64,000 bases of DNA from Basidiobolus meristosporus CBS 931.73 (GCA_002104905.1 MCFE01000135.1:93865-157864), one strand, 5' to 3'. Counted from the first letter of the stretch, positions 53,955 through 62,950 are shown. Notes: a model not told the origin generated them from the sequence alone. Program-made: numbers and translations.

Positions 53955-53996
53955 ATCAGATATTGCTTATCTGATTGCCCAACATTCCCATATAAA
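53955..53996 (+). promoter_or_regulatory. Inverted pair of iron-responsive GATA-factor sites plus TATA box upstream of FET4
   Basis: ATCAGATA-TTGCT-TATCTGAT (53955-53975); both halves fit ATC(A/T)GATA(A/T). TATAAA at 53991-53996. Confidence 0.65.
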
Positions 53997-54036
53997 TCCG
54001 ATTCTTGCGAAAGAAACTCTCCCAAAATCACCACTC

Positions 54037-55557
54037 ATGTCAGCTCCCGATCATAGTGACAAGAGGTTTGGCGAAAGAGTTCTTTCTGCTCTGTGCTCTC
54101 CGGGAAAGCAGTATGCCGTTCAATCAGCTGCGCCCACTCAGTTTATTTCCATCAACAAGGCGGAAACTGTGTACACTGTGGGCGAGGAGATACCAGAGAG
54201 CACACCCTGGATTAAGCAATCTCTTGGGGGGCGTCTCTTTGACTCCGTCACAAAATACGCAGGTTCGCGTGTCATGTTTGTGTTGACTTTGGCCGTCTTA
54301 GCTGGGTGGTCAATAGTAGGCATTGTTCTGCATGCACCAGCAAACTGGCAAATTGCCATCCAGGATGGTGGGTCGATTCAATGCTACATCTCGGATACTC
54401 TCCTGATGCGCCAGCAACAAAATCATTGCCACAGGCTCCTGACCATCATTGCTCAGTTGCGTTCCAGAAACGCAACGTTTAATAGACTAGTATTCAGCAA
54501 TGATCTTTTCAAAGGCAAAAACATTCCCAAGGTGGCCGCTATGGGACTTCCTAAAGATGTTGTTGGTGACGCAGCCAACCTGCCTTTAGAGAACTGGTTC
54601 GATAGGACCTGTAACTGGGTTTCCATTACCGTTGGCTCTATCTATTCGTTATTCTTCTATTGGGTGGGGATCTTTGTATGGATCGGGGCTGGCTCCTTCC
54701 TTCAATGGAGCAATATGTGGCAGCTGTATATCAATACTGCCATTGCCGTTGAGCTAACGTTCACCTCAATGTTTTTGCAAAATACTCGCCGCCGTCACAT
54801 GGAGTATTTCGAAAAGTGTCTCACTTCAGTAATCCAAACTGACCAGGACATCGAGATTCTCTTGCGTCGCATTGATGGAGACAACACTCCGAATCCTTCG
54901 ATTGTGATCGAGCCTTTAAAGGTGAGTCTTGGCGTAAGGTCCATTGACTATTATGCAGATCTTGTTGGCTCTGGAGTCGGTGTCGTTATCTCCATCACCG
55001 TCTTTGTTGTCTGGATAGCCATCGGTAACTGTATGCAGTGGAATTCCAACTGGTGGCTGATCATCGGGACGTATACCGGTCTGGTAGGTTTTGTGGATGG
55101 CTTCATCTTAAGAAACGTGTATTTCCGTCAAGACAAGATAATGAATGAGCAGCTTGATGTGCTGATTGACGCAGACTTGGCTATTTTCCAGTATCTCAAC
55201 CTGGCGCCGCCTACGCAGTCTGAGTCTTGCAAGAGCTCACTCATCACTCGTATGAGTAATTTCATGGGCAATGTTTGCTCAATGCCGGAAGCCGTGCTTG
55301 CCTCTGTCTTAGTAACCGTGGCTTTGCTGTGTATTGCCAGCGGAATGGACTGGAATGAAACGGGGCAATTGCTATGCAATACCCCAACTATGATTATAGA
55401 AGGCTTTCTATTCATTGTGTTGATACAAGCACACAATATGTCAAACACAAAGCGACGGATACAGTTGCATGACATACTGCTAAGACGGCTCAAGCTACAT
55501 CAATTCCTACTGTCAGTCGCCGACCAGAGTAAATACACTGAAAAAGGATCCAACTAA
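54037..55557 (+). CDS. FET4: Low-affinity iron/zinc permease Fet4-like, 506 aa, intronless
   Basis: Repeated modules WQIAIQDGGSIQCYISDTLLMRQQ, WQLYINT...FLQN.R, WWLIIGTYTGLVGFVDGFILRN, QLLCNTPTMIIEGF. Confidence 0.9.
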   Translation: MSAPDHSDKRFGERVLSALCSPGKQYAVQSAAPTQFISINKAETVYTVGEEIPESTPWIKQSLGGRLFDSVTKYAGSRVMFVLTLAVLAGWSIVGIVLHAPANWQIAIQDGGSIQCYISDTLLMRQQQNHCHRLLTIIAQLRSRNATFNRLVFSNDLFKGKNIPKVAAMGLPKDVVGDAANLPLENWFDRTCNWVSITVGSIYSLFFYWVGIFVWIGAGSFLQWSNMWQLYINTAIAVELTFTSMFLQNTRRRHMEYFEKCLTSVIQTDQDIEILLRRIDGDNTPNPSIVIEPLKVSLGVRSIDYYADLVGSGVGVVISITVFVVWIAIGNCMQWNSNWWLIIGTYTGLVGFVDGFILRNVYFRQDKIMNEQLDVLIDADLAIFQYLNLAPPTQSESCKSSLITRMSNFMGNVCSMPEAVLASVLVTVALLCIASGMDWNETGQLLCNTPTMIIEGFLFIVLIQAHNMSNTKRRIQLHDILLRRLKLHQFLLSVADQSKYTEKGSN

Positions 55558-57113
55558 CATAGGTTTCCCTCTTCCATCATCACTAGTTGGAGCTACTATA
55601 GACTAGAAGCACCCTACCTTATTTAACCAACATCCCATTTTGCATCACCGTTACCATTGTAAAGTGAATTTGTTCGAATGAATGATAGCCCACTCTAGAG
55701 TCGGTTTCTATAATAAGCTTAGGTTTTTAAAGTGCTATATTAGGTATATCAGCAACCAGCCTTTTATTTAGACGTCTGGTTGCGTTTGGAATGGAAATGG
55801 AATTCCACTACACGCCTGCCACATTGGGGTCGGGTATCTTGTTTTAGAAATACCTGCAATTTGGTACATTCAAATATGGGTTTGGATAGCCATGCGCGAG
55901 ATTGATCTGAGATTTGATAACGGTGCATAAGTCATGTGATGATGATCGGTGCCATGGTTAGATGTTAGATTGTTGAATCTTACCTCAGCTATGCCAATAT
56001 TCTTCTAATCTACATCCGTACTTAACGCTATATGCTGCAAATTGTTAGCATAAATCAATTTCCGACTTGGGCTTGTTTGCGGGTGATATCTTACTAATTA
56101 TTCCGAAATTTTCGAAGTTATCCAACCCCCCCCCCCAATTTGTACTCATCACATTCTACCACCTTCCCCAACACATCTGGTTCCGGAATCTTTCTCTGTT
56201 GGAACTCAATGATATAGGGTTATGCTAAGGTTCGAGTCACACATAAATTAATCATAGGTCTAGAACACACTACTGGAATCGGTGAATACTGATGGGCCTG
56301 CCAAATAGATAATCATTTCATCTAAAAGCATCATTCAATTGCGCGAATCGTTGCAGATAGACCTGATGACTTTGGTCAGAAGTGGTATACAGGGCACGGA
56401 TATGGTTTCTGCGCGGTGATTCAACCGGTTCATATAGTGACCGTATAATCTTGTGCGAACTTCGCTATAGCAATATAACGGATTCTTTGAGGAAAGCTCC
56501 AGGAAGTTGTGCGCGCAGATTGGTGCTTACTGGGTGTGCTTGAGTGTTTAAGCTCCAGCATCTCTGAAGCATAGGAGCATCAATAAATTTCACGCAATAC
56601 TAGCCTCAAGATAATATTCCTCATGTTCAGGTGGATATTTGTATTGTACTTGCATATATGTACTGCTTTGGTTCTTTCCAATAACACGGATACAAGCTCA
56701 AGTGGAAAGATAAATATGTGGTTTCTGCCTAACAACATGACTTAACAGAAAAACACTTCATATGGTTGTAAGAGTCTTGGAGATATTGGAAGTGATTTGG
56801 GAGGACAAGTAGATTATGTGGTTCTCACTTAATGATTTATTGAATGTAAAAGTAGTATTTATACTTTTACATGGTCTTGGCATAACAAGCACATAGAATA
56901 TGTTTAAGAAGGTCCCAAGAACATGTGTGTAAAGTTTGGGGCTGTTTGGACAACTTTGATAATTTTCATGTTTTGGGCACCTGGTGTTTTAGTGAAAATA
57001 TTCTAGGTAAATCCCAACAAGGAATTTTGTCAGTATTCTCTAGGATTTGAAGGTAATGATCTAAGTGACTAAGTTAGGTGAATATTTAGGTGGAATTACA
57101 ACTTTTTACAACA

Positions 57114-57851
57114 GTTCCAAGGTAGAGAAGTCTGATCTTATAGGGCATAAACCCAAAAGCACCAAGAATAGCATGTCTGTAGGGGCATTCAGGCAAATGA
57201 GGCACCAAGGAGGTAATGCACCATACTGCAAACTTGTCAAGCTTAGTGCAGTCTCTAGAAGTAAGAGAGAGAAGTGGTAAGCCAAACTCCAGGACAGGGA
57301 AGACAAACTGCTTGAGTAGAAGGAGGTAGCTGAGAGCTGAAGTTGTACAAGGAGTAACAGCCAGTAACTTGTGGAGTGCCTGTTTTGCCAGGATAATTCT
57401 CTTCTTCAGGTGTGCTCCAGAGTCTAGTCCAGTAGGAAGCAAAGGAATGCCAATATATAAAGCAGAAGCCTGAGTAAATAGAGTGCAGTTCTTCAAGTTG
57501 ATAGGACAGCCCAAAGGTACTGTTGTTGCAATGGAAAGCTGTAGATTATTCTTCTGCAGATACTGGTGGATGGTCTGGGAGTCTTGCTGCACATTGGAGG
57601 GGGACATTCTGATGTCATCAGCAAAGAGGGTAGCCAGGCAGTCAGCTGAGAGTCTTGGGAAATCATTTAGCAAGATGGCAAACAGTATAGGACCAAGCAC
57701 AGAGCCTTGAACCACTCCATTAGGAACTGAGAACACAGCTGATTGCTCACTTGGGTGCAGAATTCTTGCTTGTGGATCCTGAAACAGAGACCTGACAAGG
57801 AGGGTGAGAGAGGTACTGGAGAATCATTGCAGCTTGAACCAAAGCAGATTT
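57114..57851 (-). mobile_element. Internal 738-bp fragment of the telomeric LINE ORF2 (RT motif B to thumb), truncated at both ends
   Basis: Colinear, equal length, with 59272-60009 and carries scattered substitutions. Distal end GCAGATTT runs into AGGGGG. Confidence 0.9.
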
Positions 57852-57852
57852 A

Positions 57853-58143
57853 GGGGGAGGAAAGGCACCAAGTGGTGGAATCTTTATTTACTTATGACAG
57901 GTATCTAAAGAAGCCATCTTAATTTGGAATAATTCCTAGAAAGCTGGGTCTGAGACATATCTTCCTGGTAAGCCAGGTCTGAGAGTTGAGAAGCTGAGTG
58001 GTACTGTATTTCCTAGTTAGCTAGGTCTGAGAGAGATTTCCTGGAAAGCCAGGCCTGAGAATTGAGAATCTGAGTATATCTGAGATGAGTTGTACTGATT
58101 TGCAATAGCTGAATTGTGGCTGGAATTGCCAGTAGAGTGGGGG
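57853..58143 (-). mobile_element. 5'-truncated copy (Y1) of the non-coding SINE-like partner
   Basis: Matches about 62956-63246; bounded by TTAGGG on both sides. Confidence 0.85.
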
Positions 58144-58146
58144 TTA

Positions 58147-58633
58147 GGGGGGAGGAAAGTCACCAAGTGGTGAAATCTTTATTTACTTATGACAAGTATC
58201 TAAAGAAGCCAAGTTAATCTGAAGTTATTCCTAGAAAGCTAGGTCTGAGAGATATCTTCCTGGTAAGCCAGGTGTTGTATCCAAGAGAAAGTGTAATAAA
58301 ACTCTTGAATGGTTTAACTGAACCAAAGGGACAATTAAGTGCAGAATCTTAGAATTGTCAGAGAGTGGCGGAAATATTAGCAGAAAGATTCTGATCTAAT
58401 ATTGGTCTTGGATATAGCTGGGTTGGCTATAAAGGCAATGATATTTGTTTGCTAGGCAGGCTAGGCTTGGTGCTCTTTGGAGTGCTAGATATACTAGGCT
58501 TAGATAGAAACTAGAACGGAATTGTTGGATTCTTATTTTTGCTGAGACAGAAGCTTAATTTTGTTGAGACACACACTAAACCAAAAGGTTCAGTACACTT
58601 TATTTATACTTTTCTGATCAAGTTGAATTAGTA
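58147..58633 (-). mobile_element. Chimeric unit: partner-element 3' end (Y2, 58147-58273) fused to an unrelated 360-bp CpG-poor segment
   Basis: Homology to Y4 stops after CCTGGTAAGCCAGGT; 58274-58633 has no other match in the window. Confidence 0.7.
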
Positions 58634-58660
58634 GGGTTAGGGTTAGGGTTAGGGTTAGGG
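58632..58660 (+). repeat. Interstitial telomeric tract TAGGG(TTAGGG)4
   Basis: Read directly. Confidence 0.97.
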
Positions 58661-58800
58661 GAGGAATGTCACCAAGTGGTGAAATCTTTATTTACTTATG
58701 ACAAGTATCTAAAGAAGCCAAGTTAATCTGAAGTTATTCCTAGAAAGCTAGGTCTGAGAGATATCTTCCTGGTAAGCCAGGTCTGAGAGTTGAGAAGCTG
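58658..58800 (-). mobile_element. Short 5'-truncated copy (Y3) of the partner element
   Basis: Matches about 62958-63100; ends at GAGAAGCTG followed by GGTTAGGG. Confidence 0.85.
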
Positions 58801-58865
58801 GGTTAGGGGGGAGACAGTCACCAACAGGTGAAATCTTTATTTCAGTTGAAACAAAGAAGCCAGCG

Positions 58866-61634
58866 CTACTGTTGTAGCTTTGATACAAGAGTGTGTAGCT
58901 GAGGGGAATTTGTAGGTAAGTTAATAAGAAGTGATGATAGTTCTTCAGTGCTAAACACACTGTTCAGTGGGAAGGGGGGTAGCAAGAGAGGTAAGAATGA
59001 CTTGTGAACAACATTAATGAGGGGAATGTGATAAGGATTGATATTCATCATAAAGGGAGTGTGCTGCTGCAGATATTGCTGCCAAAGGTCTGTCAAGTAC
59101 TTTAGGTAGGCCAGCTTGGGCTTTTCTGACTGCAGAATAAATTCAGCAAACTTCTTGACTTCAGGATCTCCAAGTATAGTTCTCCAGCAGGAGTCAGGTG
59201 TAGTGTGGTGTGTTCTCTTCCAGGCCTTAATCAGTGGGTTGTTGCAGTTGTGAAGTCTGAGGTATAATCTGGTTCTAAGGTAGAGAAGTCTGATCTTATA
59301 GGGCATAAACCCAAAAGCACCAAGAATAGCATGTCTGTAGGGGCATTCAGGCAAATGAGGCACCAAGGAGGTAATGCACCATACGGCAAACTTGTCAAGC
59401 TTAGTGCAGTCTCTAGAAGTAAGAGAGAGAAGCGGTAAGCCAAATTCCAGGACAGGGAAGACAAACTGCTTGAGTAGAAGGAGGCAGCTTGGAGCTGAAG
59501 TTGTAGGAGGAGTAACAGCCAGTAGCTTGTGGAGTGCCTGTCTTGCCAGGATAATTCTCTTCTTCAGGTGTGCTCCAGAGTCTAGTCCAGTAGGAAGGAA
59601 AGGAAAGCCAAGATATGTAGCAGAAACCTGAGCAGGTAGAGTGGAGTTCTCCAAGTTGATGGGAGAGCCCAAAGGTACTGTCTTTGCAATGGAAAGCTGG
59701 AGATTATTCTTCTGCAGATACTGGTGGATGGTCTGGGAGTCTTGTTGCACATTGGAGGAGGATATTCTGATGTCATCAGCAAAGAGAGTAACCAGGCAGT
59801 CAGCTGAGAGTCTTGGGAAATCATTCAGGAAGATGGCAAACAGTATAGGACCAAGCACAGAGCCTTGAACCACTCCATTAGGAACTGAGAACACAGCTGA
59901 TTGCTCACTTGGGTGCAGAATTCTTGCTTGTGGATCCAGAAACAGAGACCTGACAAGGAGGGTGAGAGAGGTACTGGAGAAGCATTGCAACTTGGACCAA
60001 AGCAGATTTCTGTCAACTGAATCAAAGGCCTTAGTAATATCAAACAGAACTGAGGGATACTTGCACTGGAGAGAGTGATCTTGGCTAAGTATGACTGCAT
60101 ATTCCAAGGAGAGGCCAGGAACAAAGCCAAACTGTGCAGGATGAAACTTGAGGGAGTCAGAGTAGAGCTCCTGAGCAAGCAAAAGCTCAAACACCTTTCT
60201 GCAGGTGGGCAGCAGAGATATTGGCCTGTAGGAGCTAGGATCCAGGTGCTTTCCTTTACCCTTGTACAGTGGCAGAACATTTGCAAAGGACCATTCCTCA
60301 GGAGTAGAAAGCTGGGCTGAGCATTGCTGAAACAGTGGAAGCAGAAGTGCAGACATGGCCTTGGTACTAGTCTTCAGAAGCTCATAGGAGATTGTGTCCA
60401 CACCTGGAGCAGTAGAGTTGGGAAGCCTCTTGAGCACATTATGGATTCTCCTTTGATCAAGTGCAAGTGGGATGGGCAGAGTCTTGAAGTCAGGATGAAA
60501 GCCAGGAGTTGAGTACTGCTTTGTAGAGAAGAAGATGTTAGCCAGCTGTTCTGTTGAAGGTAACTTCCTGGAAGAGGGCCTCATTGCCCTGTAGAGTCTT
60601 GATACTGTTCTTGTTATAGAGTTGGAAGATTGCAGAGGCAAAGAACTCATAATATGATCCCAGAGCTGAGTATGCAGAGTGTGGTGAATTGCCTTGGAGT
60701 GGTGTATTGCTGTCAGGAGGAGTTTCTCTGTTTTTGGGTTAGGGAAACTCAGGTAGCTTTGTTGCAGGGCTGAAACAATGGATTCCCATTTTCTTGAGGT
60801 AACAGCAGTAGTCTTGCATGGCAGTGAGAGGGAGGCAGACACCAGAATCAGATGCTTCACAAAGAGCCAGGCATAGTTGATATCATCTGGCAGAGAAAGT
60901 AGCAAACTGGCAAGCTTCAAGTAGTTCCCAAAGTCTTTCTTCTGATTCTTGGTAGCTTTGTGGGTGAGCACAGTAAGTTTTGGCAGCTTCTTCTTCACAA
61001 CTGGTTGCATAGAAAGGGACCAGGCTGGGTGGTCAGAGGCTCTCAAGGATCCTAACTCAGCTCCAGAGAATTGCTTAACTTCATTCACAAAGTAGAGGGC
61101 AGCAGCAGAAGGGCAGATCCAGTCAACACATCTTTTCTCAGATTGAGCACCTAGTGCTAGCAGGTGGCTTTCTCTCAGGAAGTTCAGTAGGAATGTAGAC
61201 CTTGGCTTCATTCTTGCAGTCAGAGTAGTCTTGTTCTCAGGATGGGGAATGTTGAGATCTCCAAGCAAGATAACAGGTGTTGATATAGATTGCTGGTATT
61301 GCTGAACCTTCTGGCATATAACTTGCACTTCCTGAAGGGCAAGACTTGGAGGCAGATAGCAGAGCACCAGACTGATAGTTGGCAACTGGAGAGCAGCACA
61401 GTAAGGGGAGTAAAGAGGAACACAGAGCTGAGGAGTATTGATGGTAGAAGAGATGAAGCAGATAGAGGAGGTATTCTTTGTTCTAGGAGTAGAAAAGCAA
61501 TATAGATTAGTCAAAAGTATAGAAGGTAGCTGAACATCAATCAAACACAGGAGGGAAAATCTTGAAAGAAGTCTCTCTAGAGTTGGTCTTGATGGCTGTA
61601 TGCTGTTGCAGTTAAGCAACAGAACTTCAGGTAG
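58866..61634 (-). CDS. LINE ORF2: apurinic-like endonuclease + reverse transcriptase, ~920 aa, no initiating AUG
   Basis: EN: LNCN, CYLPP, GDLN, VDWI, SDH. RT: APGVD, YRPISLL, QFGF, FDITKAFDSV, GVVQGSVLGP, FADD, YLG. Confidence 0.93.
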   Translation of the reverse strand, partial: LPEVLLLNCNSIQPSRPTLERLLSRFSLLCLIDVQLPSILLTNLYCFSTPRTKNTSSICFISSTINTPQLCVPLYSPYCAALQLPTISLVLCYLPPSLALQEVQVICQKVQQYQQSISTPVILLGDLNIPHPENKTTLTARMKPRSTFLLNFLRESHLLALGAQSEKRCVDWICPSAAALYFVNEVKQFSGAELGSLRASDHPAWSLSMQPVVKKKLPKLTVLTHKATKNQKKDFGNYLKLASLLLSLPDDINYAWLFVKHLILVSASLSLPCKTTAVTSRKWESIVSALQQSYLSFPNPKTEKLLLTAIHHSKAIHHTLHTQLWDHIMSSLPLQSSNSITRTVSRLYRAMRPSSRKLPSTEQLANIFFSTKQYSTPGFHPDFKTLPIPLALDQRRIHNVLKRLPNSTAPGVDTISYELLKTSTKAMSALLLPLFQQCSAQLSTPEEWSFANVLPLYKGKGKHLDPSSYRPISLLPTCRKVFELLLAQELYSDSLKFHPAQFGFVPGLSLEYAVILSQDHSLQCKYPSVLFDITKAFDSVDRNLLWSKLQCFSSTSLTLLVRSLFLDPQARILHPSEQSAVFSVPNGVVQGSVLGPILFAIFLNDFPRLSADCLVTLFADDIRISSSNVQQDSQTIHQYLQKNNLQLSIAKTVPLGSPINLENSTLPAQVSATYLGFPFLPTGLDSGAHLKKRIILARQALHKLLAVTPPTTSAPSCLLLLKQFVFPVLEFGLPLLSLTSRDCTKLDKFAVWCITSLVPHLPECPYRHAILGAFGFMPYKIRLLYLRTRLYLRLHNCNNPLIKAWKRTHHTTPDSCWRTILGDPEVKKFAEFILQSEKPKLAYLKYLTDLWQQYLQQHTPFMMNINPYHIPLINVVHKSFLPLLLPPFPLNSVFSTEELSSLLINLPTNSPQLHTLVSKLQQ

Positions 61635-62825
61635 TCAGGCAGAGGTTGTAGCTTCTTCAGAGGCAGCATTGATAATGTGACCTGCAGAGTCCCAGAGCTC
61701 TTCAAATGGTGCATCACTTAAGTCAGCAAGGAGGGAAATGGCATGATTCTTGAGGAAGTATGCCACATCATAGGAGGGGGCTTGTCTCTTGATGGCAGCA
61801 AAGAAAGACAGAATGGCAACATGGGCTGGAGGCTTGTTGAACAGTAGAGAGTCAGAGGATTCAGATTCTTCAGGCACCATCTTGAAGTCAGTTTTCAGCC
61901 AGTTAAGGTTCTTCTCCACAAAGGCAACAAATGGGTCAGCAATGTTTTGGTCTAGGATAACCTCCAGAATCTTCCCTTTTCTCCAGGCCAGGTTGACAAT
62001 TCTTGAGAGCTGAATATTGCATGCCTTGAGTGCTTTCCTGATGTTGGAAATGGGAGTCCAGGGAACTTGCTTCAAGTACACTATCCAGTTGTTCTGTAAA
62101 ACACTGGAGTAGCTTTTCTGTGGAACAGGATCTTGCTCTTGAACAGGAACAGAAGCAGGAGGCTGGGGCTGAGCAGTAGTGGTAAGGCAGTGGCACTCCA
62201 AGGAAGCTTTTTGCAAGGCATCTCTGGCAGTTTTCAGGGCAGTATTGGCTTCATTCTTGAGCTTCTTGCATTGGGCATCCAGTCTCTTGTTTTCAATAGC
62301 CAGGGCAGTATTGGCAGCCTCTAAATCAGCAATTCTCTTCTCAACTGCAAGGAATCTCTGAAGAAATGCATCAGTAGAAGTGCTGGCATCTGGAAGAGCA
62401 GTGGCAGGAATAGAGTCCATTGACAGTGGGCTTCTTGGAGGCAAGGAAAGTGGACTGGCAGATTCAGGCACAAAAGGAGATATCCTGGCAGGAGGAGAAG
62501 GAGTATCCAAGGCAGTAACAGAGGCAATTCTTGTTGGTGAAGCAGCAGCAGGGGAGGCAAGCCTGTTCAGAAACTGGGCAGGAGAGAGTGCTTGAGGAGA
62601 GGGAGTCTTCAGCTTGCCAAGCATGTCTTCCATCAGAGTGATACCAATATTCCTGGTGCATTTGCAGAGAAAAGTAAGCTTCCTGAGTCTGCCAGCTCTT
62701 CCATTCCTTCTGATAGTTCCTTTGTTTCCACAGTTGGGGCAAGAAATCTTCTTGACAGACTTGTCAAAGCAATCAAGAACCTTTCTTTCAGGTGCAGTGG
62801 GCTCCTGTTGAGGTTTTGGTGGCAT
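61635..62825 (-). CDS. LINE ORF1 (Gag-like), 396 aa from ATG 62825
   Basis: CPNC-x21-CKC zinc ribbon, Pro/Ser/Ala linker, heptad coiled coil (VEKRIADLEAANTALAIENKRL), C-terminal alpha/beta domain. Confidence 0.85.
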   Translation of the reverse strand: MPPKPQQEPTAPERKVLDCFDKSVKKISCPNCGNKGTIRRNGRAGRLRKLTFLCKCTRNIGITLMEDMLGKLKTPSPQALSPAQFLNRLASPAAASPTRIASVTALDTPSPPARISPFVPESASPLSLPPRSPLSMDSIPATALPDASTSTDAFLQRFLAVEKRIADLEAANTALAIENKRLDAQCKKLKNEANTALKTARDALQKASLECHCLTTTAQPQPPASVPVQEQDPVPQKSYSSVLQNNWIVYLKQVPWTPISNIRKALKACNIQLSRIVNLAWRKGKILEVILDQNIADPFVAFVEKNLNWLKTDFKMVPEESESSDSLLFNKPPAHVAILSFFAAIKRQAPSYDVAYFLKNHAISLLADLSDAPFEELWDSAGHIINAASEEATTSA

Positions 62826-62950
62826 ATCCAGAGTTTCAGCTTCAAATTTCAATTTTTGAGATTTTTGGGTGATTTTTGATGGGCGGGATCAAAATTAGGG
62901 TTAGGGTTGCGCGCTGTGACTGCTTTTTACGATCGCAAGGTCAGAACCTA

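Larger units (their letters stand above)
58806..62949 (-). mobile_element. Apparently full-length telomere-associated non-LTR retrotransposon (two ORFs, APE + RT), ~4.1 kb
   Basis: ORF1 (zinc ribbon, coiled coil) and ORF2 (APE endonuclease + RT), short 3' UTR ending in a C-run joined to CCCTAACC. No LTRs, integrase or RNase H seen. Confidence 0.93.

Noticed and set aside
58866-61634. Classification as Penelope-like (Athena/Coprina), RLE-type (MoTeR-like) or LTR element
   Set aside because: N-terminal APE motifs and LINE-type RT motifs are present; no GIY-YIG, RLE, integrase, protease or LTRs are seen.
61635-61637. TGA as a reassigned codon or selenocysteine
   Set aside because: TGA ends host ORFs here (38117, 29493), no conserved host gene shows internal TGA, and I see no SECIS or redox motif.
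59231-62879. Many short alternative-frame ORFs within the LINE
   Set aside because: By-products of the skewed, CpG-free composition; no separate motifs.
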